Positions 1 to 9,149 of a stretch of 64,000 bases of DNA are shown piece after piece (the first letter of the stretch is position 1; the number at the start of each line of letters is the position of its first letter). Made by a program: the position numbers and the translations under genes. The stretch is from Thermoplasmata archaeon (GTDB lineage: Archaea > Thermoplasmatota > Thermoplasmata > Lutacidiplasmatales > UBA184). Location of the stretch: NCBI GenBank assembly GCA_049300255.1, contig JBAQJJ010000040.1, forward strand, positions 74,978 through 138,977, given 5' to 3'. Below the pieces are notes generated by a model. The model ran no database searches, was not told where the DNA came from, and was given only the letters and a program-made list of their open reading frames with translations.

Positions 1-408
1 CGAGACCACGACGTCGTGGATGGCGCACAGGTGGAGATACCAGAGCATGTGGCAGGCCGATAAGGAGGCGACTAGCAACTCATCGGGGTTGTACCGGGTT
101 CGATCCGTGAGGGGCGCGATGTCGGAAGACCCTGCTAGATCGGGCTTGCCCGAGAATTGGATAACATGATTGCGGGAGTAGGTTCGATACCCACTCGTAC
201 CGCTTCCCAAATTTCCGGTCCAGCGCACAACGGTGGAATACCGGTGCTCGCTCATGCGGAGGGGCCGATACTTCGAAGGGGGATAGGGCTGACGTGTGAC
301 GGGGGCAACCGGCTCCGCAATGCCGGAGGACTAACTCGTGGGCGAACAAGGCTTTAGCGCGAGTGGGCGTTCCGTCGTGAGCTACGGAATAATGCCCGAG
401 AGGTCGCG

Positions 409-1974
409 GTGACCGACTCAACCCCACCACATCGCTTCGATCATATGGTGGTGTTGATGTTCGAGAACCGCTCCTTCGACAATCTCCTTGGCTACTTGTA
501 TCAACCAGGCGAAGTGCCGGCATTCGAGGGGCTGGAGGGCCGGAACCTTTCCAACCCGATCCCCGAGTACGCCCGAGACGCCGAGCAGGGAACGGTCCCC
601 GTCCACCCGTCGCTGAGAATGGATACTCCCGACCCGGATCCCGGGGAGGAGCATCCGCACACGAACACGCAACTTTTTGGGACTGTCGCTCCGCCGGAAA
701 ACCGATTCAAGCCGGTCGAGCAGATGCAACCTCCATTCAACGCCCCGGGGGACCCTACGACAACTCCCCCGATGGACGGCTTCGTTGTGGACTATATCAA
801 CACCTTTCGGGTGGAGCGCGGTCGGCTCCCACGGTACGAAGAGTATGCACAGATCATGTCCTGCTTCCGGCCCGATCAGATGCCCGTCATGTCTACGCTC
901 GCCAAGGGATTCGCATGTTTCGACCACTGGTTTTGTGAGGTCCCCTCCCAGACATTTCCTAATCGCTCGTTCTTCCACGCGGCCACCTCCTCCGGGTTCG
1001 TCATCAATCGACCAGTTGAAAACTTCCCACTGCACAATGACGCCGAGACGATCTTTGAACGCTTGGAAGCTGCCGGCCTGAGCTGGCGCGTGTACTTCGA
1101 TCCGCTGCAGTGTGTCTCGATCACGGGGATGCTGCACGCGGCCCGGCTGGGCCCGTACTTCGCCACTCGCTTTGCCCCGATCGATGATTTCTACCGCGAT
1201 GCGGCGGCCGGCACCCTGCCCGCTTACGCGTTCATCGAGCCCTCGCTAATCCCACCCCACAGCGATATGCACCCGCCGGGCGGCGCACGGATACGACGTC
1301 TCCTGTTCTTTCTCCCGCGCCCCTCTGCCCTGAAAGCGGGCGACGCGCTGCTGGGGCGAGTATACAATGCTGTGCGCGCGTCGGCGACTGAGGGCGGTTC
1401 GAATTTTTCGAACACTCTGCTGATCGTTACGTTCGACGAGCACGGAGGCACCTACGATCACGTGCCGCCCCCGAAGGCCCCCTCACCGGACTCTTCGGCT
1501 CCTGCGGGGCAGCTGGGATTTCGGTTTGATCGATCTGGCGTTCGTATCCCCACTCTCGCAATCTCTGCTTGGATCGACGCTCATACGGTGGTCCAGTCGG
1601 AATATCGCAGCACTTCGGTCATCCGAACGCTTCGAGAACGCTGGCAGCTCGGCCCACCGCTCACTCAACGAGACGCGGTCGCCGCGGATGTCGCCCCGAC
1701 ATTGTCTCGGACAACTCCTCGCCCTCGCGAGGATTGGCCCATTGTAGAAGCTGGACCCGAACCCAAGCCGCCGGGTTTGTGGGAAGAGCTAATGAGACCC
1801 CTCCCGACGTTAGGTCGCCACCTGTTCACCGCGGCATTGGCGTACGAGGCTCACAAGACGGGTACGGAAACTTCCTTGGATCTCTCTCGAACGTCCCGAT
1901 GGCGAGCCCGACGCCGGATGAGAAAGCTGACGGCGGCGGCGTTCCCGAAAGTGACTCGCCGTCGGGGGGCATAA
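409..1974 (+). CDS. Phosphoesterase / phospholipase C–acid phosphatase family protein (521 aa) with a Pro/Arg-rich low-complexity C-terminus.
   Basis: The N-terminus 'HMVVLMFENRSFDNLLGYL' and the internal 'LLIVTFDEHGGTYDHVPPP' are the conserved blocks of the phosphoesterase (non-haemolytic PLC / AcpA) family. Long ORF in the listed frame. Confidence 0.55.
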   Translation: MTDSTPPHRFDHMVVLMFENRSFDNLLGYLYQPGEVPAFEGLEGRNLSNPIPEYARDAEQGTVPVHPSLRMDTPDPDPGEEHPHTNTQLFGTVAPPENRFKPVEQMQPPFNAPGDPTTTPPMDGFVVDYINTFRVERGRLPRYEEYAQIMSCFRPDQMPVMSTLAKGFACFDHWFCEVPSQTFPNRSFFHAATSSGFVINRPVENFPLHNDAETIFERLEAAGLSWRVYFDPLQCVSITGMLHAARLGPYFATRFAPIDDFYRDAAAGTLPAYAFIEPSLIPPHSDMHPPGGARIRRLLFFLPRPSALKAGDALLGRVYNAVRASATEGGSNFSNTLLIVTFDEHGGTYDHVPPPKAPSPDSSAPAGQLGFRFDRSGVRIPTLAISAWIDAHTVVQSEYRSTSVIRTLRERWQLGPPLTQRDAVAADVAPTLSRTTPRPREDWPIVEAGPEPKPPGLWEELMRPLPTLGRHLFTAALAYEAHKTGTETSLDLSRTSRWRARRRMRKLTAAAFPKVTRRRGA

Positions 1975-2138
1975 TATTCCCCGCGAGATTCGGACGACGG
2001 TGACGAAGATCTCGAGCCCAAGATAATGCACGCCGAGCCTGGATCCACGTGTGGACACGTTAGTGGCTAGAGGTCCCGACGGCTGAACAGAACCTGCCTC
2101 TCGTAAGGTTTATCTCCCGCGAAGCTCATCAGTCACTT

Positions 2139-2167
2139 GTCAGACAAAGAAACCAATATTGTCTGAC
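2139..2167. promoter_or_regulatory. Perfect 8-bp inverted repeat GTCAGACA–13 nt–TGTCTGAC ending 6 bp before the RHH start codon. Candidate operator.
   Basis: Read directly: 2139–2146 gtcagaca and 2160–2167 tgtctgac are exact reverse complements. An AT-rich 'gtttatct' at 2108–2115 sits about 60 bp upstream of the ATG at 2173. Confidence 0.35.
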
Positions 2168-2172
2168 GGAAA

Positions 2173-2541
2173 ATGGTCGACACATCAGAGCGGGTGACGG
2201 TCCGAATCCCTCAGGACCTCCTGGAGAAATTGAAGCTCATTCAACAGCGCAAGGAAACGCCGACGATCTCCGACACGATTCGAGAAGGCCTCGAGCAATA
2301 CGTCGAGATGAACTTGCCTCCTTCCAATATCCGCAAGGTGATCGTCGACCTTTCTCGACAGGACAACAGCCAGCTCGAGGAGTTCGTCCACGAAGGTAAC
2401 TCGGTCTCGGTGGATGATGCGGTCCGATCGGCAGTCCGAGAGTACATCCGTTTACGGCTCGAACATGTGGGGAACTTGTCTCGGCACCCCCGACGGGAGG
2501 GGGAGACCGTCGTGACCGCGGAGGACACCCCGCCTCGGTAA
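2173..2541 (+). CDS. Ribbon-helix-helix (CopG/Arc/MetJ-like) DNA-binding protein of 122 aa with a C-terminal extension.
   Basis: 'ERVTVRIPQDLLEKLKLIQQRKETPTISDTIREGLEQYV' is a typical RHH β-strand followed by two helices. The stop lies 19 bp before the next gene. Confidence 0.6.
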   Translation: MVDTSERVTVRIPQDLLEKLKLIQQRKETPTISDTIREGLEQYVEMNLPPSNIRKVIVDLSRQDNSQLEEFVHEGNSVSVDDAVRSAVREYIRLRLEHVGNLSRHPRREGETVVTAEDTPPR

Positions 2542-2560
2542 GCCGAACGGCAGGGGTGTC

Positions 2561-3583
2561 ATGGACGATTCGATCGAGCACTGGGCGCGCCTCAGTCAGA
2601 AAGATTCCTTCGCGATCGTCGGGCTCGGCGGCGCTGGCGGCGAAGCGGTGCACGACCTCGTGGATCTCGGCGTTCCGGGGGTGCGGGCGTTCGCGGTGAA
2701 CACCGACGCGAAGCATTTGCTCCGCATGCGGGTCGAGGAGCGGATTCTCATCGGCCAGCGCCAACTGCGAGGGCGCGGCAGCGGAGGGAATCGGAACCTG
2801 GTACTCGAAGCCGCTGAGGAGAGCAAAGAGGAGCTCCTTCGCCGCTTGCGAGGATTCGAAATCGTCTTCCTGTTCGCCGGCTTAGGAGGAGGGACGGGGA
2901 GCGCGCTGCTCCCCTTTCTCGCCTCGGAGCTCCGGGCGACCGACGCGTTGCCGATACCGGTAGTCTTTCTCCCCTTTCAGGTCGAATTGGAGACGAACGC
3001 TGAGCGACGCGCGAACGTTGAGGACACAATCGGCGACCTCGAGGAGATGGGGGGCCTGCTGCTCGCGCTTGCGAACGAGAAGCTTCGCCGCTTCGAACGA
3101 TTGCCATTGAATCGAGTCTTCCAGTTCCGGAACGCGTACCTGCACTCGATGGTCATGAGCCTCGTGGATATGGTGGAAAACCCGTCGCAGCTCAACGTCG
3201 ACCTCGCGAGTCTGAAGGGCCACTTGCGGGACGCCGGCCTCTCCACGCTGCTCTGTGGGGAATACCACATCTCAGAACCGGAACGCCTCGTAGAGCAAGC
3301 GATTCGCGAAACTCTTCTCGACGTCCATCTCGCCGAGTCTCCGTCCGCCCTGGTGCACCTGGACGGCGGCTCGAATCTCACCCTAAAGACGCTCAACCTC
3401 GTGCTGCATCATTTGCGAGCCGCGCTGGGGGAGCCCCGGCAATTGATCTTTGGAACCCGATTGCATCCTGAGCCCCTGGAAGTGGTGCGCCTCACGGCAG
3501 TGGTGGGAGGTCTCCGATTACGAACCGTCCGGGATGCGATCCGCCCTGCGCCCGATTCGCGGATCCCGCTCGTCAGCTCGTAA
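2561..3583 (+). CDS. Divergent FtsZ/tubulin-superfamily GTPase of 340 aa. It lacks the long C-terminal tail of canonical FtsZ.
   Basis: N-terminal glycine loop 'IVGLGGAGGEAV'. 'AVNTDAKHL' resembles FtsZ 'INTDAQAL'. Tubulin signature 'GLGGGTGSA' (GGGTG[ST]G-like). T7-loop-like 'NPSQLNVDLASL' resembles FtsZ 'NxDFADV'. Confidence 0.6.
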   Translation: MDDSIEHWARLSQKDSFAIVGLGGAGGEAVHDLVDLGVPGVRAFAVNTDAKHLLRMRVEERILIGQRQLRGRGSGGNRNLVLEAAEESKEELLRRLRGFEIVFLFAGLGGGTGSALLPFLASELRATDALPIPVVFLPFQVELETNAERRANVEDTIGDLEEMGGLLLALANEKLRRFERLPLNRVFQFRNAYLHSMVMSLVDMVENPSQLNVDLASLKGHLRDAGLSTLLCGEYHISEPERLVEQAIRETLLDVHLAESPSALVHLDGGSNLTLKTLNLVLHHLRAALGEPRQLIFGTRLHPEPLEVVRLTAVVGGLRLRTVRDAIRPAPDSRIPLVSS

Positions 3584-4202
3584 CGGGGTCGACGGCCAGC
3601 TTCTTCGCCAGGCGAAGGTCGCATTCGTTGTGCAGAATATCCACGACCTGGGACGTTCGAAGGGAGTGGGGACCGACCGAGAGCCGTGGAACGCCGCTTC
3701 GTTCCAGCAGTTCCTGCTCTTGGACGGTCGGGTCGATCGGATCGCTCAGAACCGCCACGATCCCTTGTTCTGGAGGCTCGTAAGATCGTAGCGGCATTCC
3801 CGATTCGGCCAACCAGACCGCTCCCGGCAGCCGAAGTACTCGCTCGAGCTCGGCGTTTGGCTCGATCGGGCCGACCCAGATGCCAGGCGAGGACTCGATG
3901 TCGTGGTCTAAAGACGACGAACGAACCAGCGCGTTCTTGAGCAATGCGGCGGTGGATCGTTCGTCTGGATTCAGATGCCGGAGCCGGGCCCCCTCGATCC
4001 GTATTCGGCGGGGCGCATGGGGTTCCATCCCGGCGAATAGGAGGGTCATCTCCGTATCCCGCCGGAGGTCGTTCGAGAGGGTGAAGCCGGTCGAAACGGC
4101 CCGCGCCACCTCATCCATCCGACCGCCGCCGCCCGCGAGGTCATTCAGGGTAAACTCCCCTTGTACCGGCACCCGGTGGATCAACAGGAGAATTCGACGC
4201 AC
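3573..4202 (-). CDS. trmY: tRNA (pseudouridine54-N1)-methyltransferase TrmY (SPOUT, COG1901/DUF358).
   Basis: Motif-by-motif similarity to archaeal TrmY (MJ1640 type). 'DLAGGGGRMDEVARAVSTGFTLSNDLRRD' compares with '[29 protein letters not shown]'. 'NPDERSTAALLKNAL' and the C-terminal 'LSVGPHSLRTSQVVDILHNECD' also align. Length 209 aa. Confidence 0.6.
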   Translation of the reverse strand: MRRILLLIHRVPVQGEFTLNDLAGGGGRMDEVARAVSTGFTLSNDLRRDTEMTLLFAGMEPHAPRRIRIEGARLRHLNPDERSTAALLKNALVRSSSLDHDIESSPGIWVGPIEPNAELERVLRLPGAVWLAESGMPLRSYEPPEQGIVAVLSDPIDPTVQEQELLERSGVPRLSVGPHSLRTSQVVDILHNECDLRLAKKLAVDPVTS

Positions 4203-4261
4203 GGGCGAGCGTTACCGCTGGTCAGGGATACCCTTAACGACCATCGGCTACAGGGGGGGCT

Positions 4262-4924
4262 TTAGGGCCCGGTCTTTCGGCGGGGCTTGGGGCCCGCGGG
4301 GGGAGGGCTCGGCGTCGAGGAAGGCGCCTGGCGGCGTTCCAACCAGATCTCGTCCCCCAGCTCGTGGTAGACGGCGTGCGCCGCCATCCCGGTCCCATGC
4401 TCCCCGTGGGGCAGCCGGAACCCTGCGGATCGGCCCGCACCGGACGAGTAGACTACATCCTTTTCGCCCGCTTCGGCCATCGCCTGCGACTCCTCGCGGG
4501 CTAGGTCAAAGATGCGGTCCTTGCGGAACATCCAGTAGTGGATGCGCCATTCGCGACCGTCGTAGAGCGTTGTCTCGTCCCGTTCGGTCTCCAGGATACC
4601 AGTATCTTCCAGCATGTAGAACGTGTCCCGGTCATCCGGTTCGAGCACATTGTCAATGATCCGCTCGTTGAAACCAAAGAAGTTCAGGACATGCGCGGCG
4701 ATCGTCCGCGCATCCTCGGGCCGCATGCCATCATGGCCCACGGACCTTCGGATGGCTTTCGCCAGGGAATCGTGATCCACGGGTCCCGCAGCCGCCAGAA
4801 CCGCGTCCACCGGAATCCCGGCTCGGGTAGTGGTGATGTCGGCTTCGGTTCGAAGCGGAACCGGGTTGCGAAGGGTGTAGCCCTTTCTGGCCTCCCGGCG
4901 GTTCCCGGATCCACTATGTTCCAT
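4262..4924 (-). CDS. Hypothetical protein of 220 aa with a Pro-rich C-terminus.
   Basis: Long ORF with no recognised family. A plausible operon position upstream would end within 75 bp of the next minus-strand gene. Confidence 0.35.
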   Translation of the reverse strand: MEHSGSGNRREARKGYTLRNPVPLRTEADITTTRAGIPVDAVLAAAGPVDHDSLAKAIRRSVGHDGMRPEDARTIAAHVLNFFGFNERIIDNVLEPDDRDTFYMLEDTGILETERDETTLYDGREWRIHYWMFRKDRIFDLAREESQAMAEAGEKDVVYSSGAGRSAGFRLPHGEHGTGMAAHAVYHELGDEIWLERRQAPSSTPSPPPAGPKPRRKTGP

Positions 4925-4998
4925 GGTGTAAGAACATCGAAGGGTGCTGTATTAATAATTTCCCGAGCCCCCCAGTTGGGCCTCTGACGGTGGCCCCG

Positions 4999-5643
4999 TC
5001 AGGCGGCTCGCCGGACCCGTCCGACCCGCTGGAGCGCGGCCACCCCGGGAGCCCATTCTTCCTCCTCAATCTGGTATTCGACGTCCGAAAGTCGCTCGAT
5101 CTCCTTTGGTAGCGGTAGGAGCGACTTCGTGAGGTAAACATGGGCAAATCCACCCGAGGAAGGACCTGCCCAATCCTCCCCGCGATCGAGGGTGGCCCGG
5201 TACTCGTAATACTCGGGTGCGGGGACCATCCAGAGAAGCGCGTCGGTCGTCCCCCGACCGGCCTTCGGCCCGCGGGAGTACACCTGGATTCCCAGATGCT
5301 TGAGGATCGGAGCAGGAATGTTGAATAACAGTCGATCCCCGGGACGCGCCAGCGCCAGGAGCCGGTTGCGCACCGTTTCCACTGCGAGCACTTCGCGCGC
5401 TGGATGCGCGGACAGGACGCGAACGACCCCAACCCCTCGGGCAAAGAAGGCGATGGTGCGACTGGGGGTTCGGTCCTTGCCTCCCGCGGGATGATATTGG
5501 ATCAGCTCCGCCACTTCCTGAGGAAGTTGCATGGTGAGCCACGAGGGGTGAACGGCCCTCACCGCGACGTATTCCATGGAAGACGAGTGCCGGACCGAAA
5601 CGCCGGTATAATAATCCTCAGACGAGGCGCTAGCATCGTTCAT
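4999..5643 (-). CDS. Hypothetical protein of 214 aa.
   Basis: Long ORF. Its stop overlaps the start of the upstream HAD gene (ATGA overlap at 5640–5643), which suggests translational coupling. Confidence 0.4.
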   Translation of the reverse strand: MNDASASSEDYYTGVSVRHSSSMEYVAVRAVHPSWLTMQLPQEVAELIQYHPAGGKDRTPSRTIAFFARGVGVVRVLSAHPAREVLAVETVRNRLLALARPGDRLLFNIPAPILKHLGIQVYSRGPKAGRGTTDALLWMVPAPEYYEYRATLDRGEDWAGPSSGGFAHVYLTKSLLPLPKEIERLSDVEYQIEEEEWAPGVAALQRVGRVRRAA

Positions 5644-6293
5644 CCCGGGCGAGGGGAGAGTTCCAGGAGCACCTGAACCACTTCGCGCAGGTCGGTCGCT
5701 CGGACGGCTCGATCTGCCCGGTCATTTACGCGCGGGTCCGAGCTGTTCAGCGCGATCCCCCCTCCGATGTGAGGAAAAATGTCCGCATCAGATATCTGAT
5801 CGCCCACGTGAATCGCAGCGCGCGGGGGGATTCCGTGCCGCACCAGGAGGCGGCGTAAGCCTCCCGGCTTGTCGGCGTGGACCCCCCGAGGCGCCCCGAT
5901 CCGACCCCCGACCATGGATTGGCCGGTGGTGCCCTCGAAATCGTCGAACCCGAACCGCCGGACGTACCACGCGCACACGTAGGGCGGATTGTGAGTCAGC
6001 AGCGCGACGCACGCTCCGCGCGACCGAAGCGATGCGACCGCCTCTGAAATCCCGGCAAGCCTCGGGGTGTCTTCGAGAATCGATTCCACCTCCGGAACCG
6101 TACGTCCCTCGGCGATCTGCATCAAATTGGTCAAGTGCGCGTCTTCCCCGATTTCGCCCGCCACGAAGCGACGGCTCGTGGATTCGAAGTCGGCGACGCG
6201 CCCGAAGCGCTCAGCGATGCGGCGCCACCCGTGGACCGTGGTTAACGTGCCGTCGATATCGAACGTCACGAGCTGCCACGGGAACGGAGCCAA
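5640..6293 (-). CDS. HAD-superfamily hydrolase (phosphoserine-phosphatase-like).
   Basis: HAD motif I 'LVTFDIDGTLT' near the N-terminus. 'GDQISDADIF' is a motif-IV-like DxxxD near the C-terminus. Confidence 0.6.
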   Translation of the reverse strand: MAPFPWQLVTFDIDGTLTTVHGWRRIAERFGRVADFESTSRRFVAGEIGEDAHLTNLMQIAEGRTVPEVESILEDTPRLAGISEAVASLRSRGACVALLTHNPPYVCAWYVRRFGFDDFEGTTGQSMVGGRIGAPRGVHADKPGGLRRLLVRHGIPPRAAIHVGDQISDADIFPHIGGGIALNSSDPRVNDRADRAVRATDLREVVQVLLELSPRPG

Positions 6294-6307
6294 GGTTAGG
6301 ATTCCCT

Positions 6308-6481
6308 TCAGCTTCGACTGCCGACTCCCATGAGAATTCCCCCGACCCAGAGCAGGAGAATCCCGGCCCCGACGGTGGCGAGGAAGCTGCCGGAGGGGGC
6401 CGAGGGAAGGAGGCGCAGCATCAGAAAGAGCCCGACGAGCGTGAACAATAATCCGAGTCCGATCTTCGTCGCCTTGCTCAT
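6308..6481 (-). CDS. Small two-helix membrane protein (about 58 aa from the internal Met).
   Basis: 'MSKATKIGLGLLFTLVGLFLMLRLL...ATVGAGILLLWVGGILMGV' gives two hydrophobic helices. The start was chosen at the internal Met. Weak call. Confidence 0.3.
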   Translation of the reverse strand: MSKATKIGLGLLFTLVGLFLMLRLLPSAPSGSFLATVGAGILLLWVGGILMGVGSRS

Positions 6482-6645
6482 TCGCGGCCGAGAACGGAGA
6501 GGAGACCTTGCCGCAGGGGGTGCCGAGGTCGATTCCATCTGGGGGGCAATCTAGGACCTGCGGATAACCATACCCGGAGGCAAGCGTACGAGGGGCGGGT
6601 CCGGCTGCGTCAGAAGAGAAATAGCGTCGGCGCGTAGACCTTTCG

Positions 6646-7119
6646 ATGAATCGCCGTAATCGCCCGAGTTCGAAGTCGGCTCCACCGAAAGCGCGCTCCG
6701 CTAGCGACGAGTCGGCCGCTTCGCGGGAGCGTCAACTTCGGGCGCTGGTAGAGCCGTTTGATGTGCATCGACGCCCTCGAACCTTCTATCCGATCCTCGA
6801 GGTCCGCAATCCGATCCACCGGACGGTCTATACGGTGTTGTTCCCCGAGTTTCCGTCGCGCGCCAGAGCGATGTGTTCCTGCCCCGACTTCGGACGACGG
6901 GGCCTCGGAACTTGCAAACATATCGAGGCATCGCTCTTGTGGCTGGAAGACCATCCGTCCGAGGCTGCCCCGGACCCGCGAGCGGGCGATCGGAGCCGGG
7001 TGGAGGAATGCTGGAAGGAGGTCGACCGCCGGATCGGTCGTTGGAGTTCGGGAGTCCCTCTCACTCCCCTAGGCATCCGAGCCCCCGGCTCGGTCCTCTA
7101 CTGGAGATCGACCTCGTAG
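6646..7119 (+). CDS. SWIM-type zinc-finger protein of 157 aa.
   Basis: 'CSCPDFGRRGLGTCKHIEASLLWL' matches the SWIM CxCxnCxH pattern. Confidence 0.45.
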   Translation: MNRRNRPSSKSAPPKARSASDESAASRERQLRALVEPFDVHRRPRTFYPILEVRNPIHRTVYTVLFPEFPSRARAMCSCPDFGRRGLGTCKHIEASLLWLEDHPSEAAPDPRAGDRSRVEECWKEVDRRIGRWSSGVPLTPLGIRAPGSVLYWRSTS

Positions 7120-7439
7120 GGGTAGTAGTCCCACTCGAGCCGCTTAGATGAGCGGGGAGTCTTCGACGTCCGGAAGAACGAACGGCGGCGGGCCATCTTC
7201 GGGATCGGGAGCCGCGTTGAATTCCCCCGTGGAGGGTCGATCGAGGGCCGAGGCACGGATCAACGGACGAGCCCCCAGGGGCGAGAGATGGTCGTCGTGA
7301 CCAGTCCCACTCCGGCCACGATCGTAAGGACGGCGGCCGTGAAAATCTGGATCTCCAGCTAGATGACCGCCATCGCGGAATGATCGACGAAAAGGAAGAG
7401 GGGGAAAAGGTTGCGGGAGGGGAGAGATGGGACGACCGT

Positions 7440-9149
7440 CTAGGCCGACATCCCCGGGGCGCCCTTCAAGGCCTTCACCTTGTAGTACTCGGGGTCGACG
7501 ATGACCTCGCCGTTGATTCCCATCGTTTCGATGGTCTTCAGCGTCTGTCCGCTCTGCGCCTTCGCCTTCTGCCAGTCGGGAATGGGGATCGAGAACTTCT
7601 TCTCGACTTCCGTCCGGTAGATCGGGCCCGAGTTATACGAACAGAACGGAATGACCCGTCCGTCGGGAACCGCGTAGTGGATATCGCAGCGCATCAGGCG
7701 CTGGATATCGTAGTCGTACGCGTCCTGGAAGTGCATGTTACCCAGGTACAGTGTACGCCACGTGAACTTCGCCAAGGCTTCCTTGTTCCCCTCGGTAAAG
7801 ATCCCCGCGATCACGCGCACGCAGTTCTTTTCGTTGAGCCCTTCCGGCGCCTTGGAGAAGTCGAAGTACTTCGCCACATCGTGGAGCAAGCGCGCACCCG
7901 CGACCGCGGTGCGGACGCGAGCAAAGCGGGCGTCTCGGTACTTCTCGATCATCGCTTCGACGTTCTCGAAGAACCCGTCGACGTCCATGAAGCGCGGCAG
8001 CGGCGTGATCGTCTTGCCATCCTTGGAGATGAAGGCAAACGTCGCGCACCCGCAGCCGGGGTGCGTCGTGAGCGTCATCTTCTCTTCGCCATGGATGATC
8101 GAGACGAGCTCCGAAATCGGCGCCACGGACGGTACCGGGAAGAAGTCCGATTTCTCGAACGGACCCTCGGTACACAGAATCCGAACCAGGTCCGACTGCG
8201 TGAACCGCATCTTGAACCGGTCCTTGTCCGGAATTCGAGCCGTCAACGCGACCGGCTGGAAGTTGACGCCGCGGACCACATCGATGTTGTCGATCGCGAA
8301 CTTGACCGTCGGCCAGATTTCCTTCTCGTTGAATCCCCCGACCAGTGTCGGCACGAGGACCACCGAGAGCGGCTTGTCCGGCTTGCCGGCGGCGAGCTCG
8401 GCTTGAGAGGAGTGGGTCTCCCGCGCCGCCTGAATCGCCTTTTGCTTTACCTTGAGCAGGGGAACGCCACGTACCTTTCGGTAGATTTCGTCGTCCAGCC
8501 CGTCAAATTGCAGATACAATGTGTGCAATCCCGAGTCCCGGCACGCTTGCGCGAAACCCGGCTCGTTGGCGACCCGGATCCCGTTCGTAGCGACCTGAAT
8601 CTGCTTGAATCCGAGGTCACGGGCCATGCTGCACGCATCCAGGAAGAGCGGGCTCAACGTCGGCTCGCCTCCCGAAAACTGCACAGCGACCGTACCCACC
8701 GGCTTCTGCTCCCGGAGCGTCTTCAACATGAAGTGAATCTGCTCCCGGGTGGGTTCGTAGACGTATCCGGCGGCGTTCGCATTCGCGAAGCAGACCGGAC
8801 ACTTCAGATTGCAACGGTTGGTCAAGTCGATCAGCGCGAGTCCCGTGTGGGACTTGTGGTGACTGCACATTCCGCACGTGGTCGGGCAGCCGCGGAACTT
8901 ATCGTAGTAGGGGTTTTCGTATCCGACCCCGTCATGAGCATAGACCTCCATCCGGAGATAGAAGTCCACATCATTCGAAATGATGTCCCAGAAATAACCA
9001 TGGTTGCGACACGTCTTTTCCATGATCACACGGCCATCCTTCTCTCGGACGACCGCTGGGATGACCTTGATGCACTCCGGACAGACCGACGCGGTCTTCC
9101 GCGGCAGTCCTCGCGGGGCTTGGAACTCTTTCATTACCCTTGCCGGCAT
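7440..9149 (-). CDS. Large radical-SAM protein of 569 aa, likely of the tetraether lipid synthase (Tes / GDGT-MAS) family.
   Basis: Radical-SAM cluster motif 'CNLKCPVCF' (CxxxCxxC) with the glycine-rich 'VQFSGGEPTL'. N-terminal Cys4 'CPECIK...CRNHG...CPTTCGMCSHH', a rubredoxin-like metal site as reported for GDGT-MAS synthase. The size of about 570 aa fits Tes homologues. A GAGGAG Shine-Dalgarno sits 7 nt upstream on the coding strand. Confidence 0.5.
   Translation of the reverse strand: MPARVMKEFQAPRGLPRKTASVCPECIKVIPAVVREKDGRVIMEKTCRNHGYFWDIISNDVDFYLRMEVYAHDGVGYENPYYDKFRGCPTTCGMCSHHKSHTGLALIDLTNRCNLKCPVCFANANAAGYVYEPTREQIHFMLKTLREQKPVGTVAVQFSGGEPTLSPLFLDACSMARDLGFKQIQVATNGIRVANEPGFAQACRDSGLHTLYLQFDGLDDEIYRKVRGVPLLKVKQKAIQAARETHSSQAELAAGKPDKPLSVVLVPTLVGGFNEKEIWPTVKFAIDNIDVVRGVNFQPVALTARIPDKDRFKMRFTQSDLVRILCTEGPFEKSDFFPVPSVAPISELVSIIHGEEKMTLTTHPGCGCATFAFISKDGKTITPLPRFMDVDGFFENVEAMIEKYRDARFARVRTAVAGARLLHDVAKYFDFSKAPEGLNEKNCVRVIAGIFTEGNKEALAKFTWRTLYLGNMHFQDAYDYDIQRLMRCDIHYAVPDGRVIPFCSYNSGPIYRTEVEKKFSIPIPDWQKAKAQSGQTLKTIETMGINGEVIVDPEYYKVKALKGAPGMSA

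Noticed and set aside
85-235. Two GGTTCGAT(A/C)CC words as possible tRNA genes.
   Set aside because: Hand folding fails. T-stems have G·G or A·C mismatches and no complementary acceptor strands are found within 100 nt. Kept only as a low-interest structured-RNA/remnant observation.
80-523. 147-aa and 66-aa ORFs in the first 400 bp.
   Set aside because: Arg/Ser/Pro-rich translations with no start context. The region is better explained as non-coding (see the T-loop-like motif finding).
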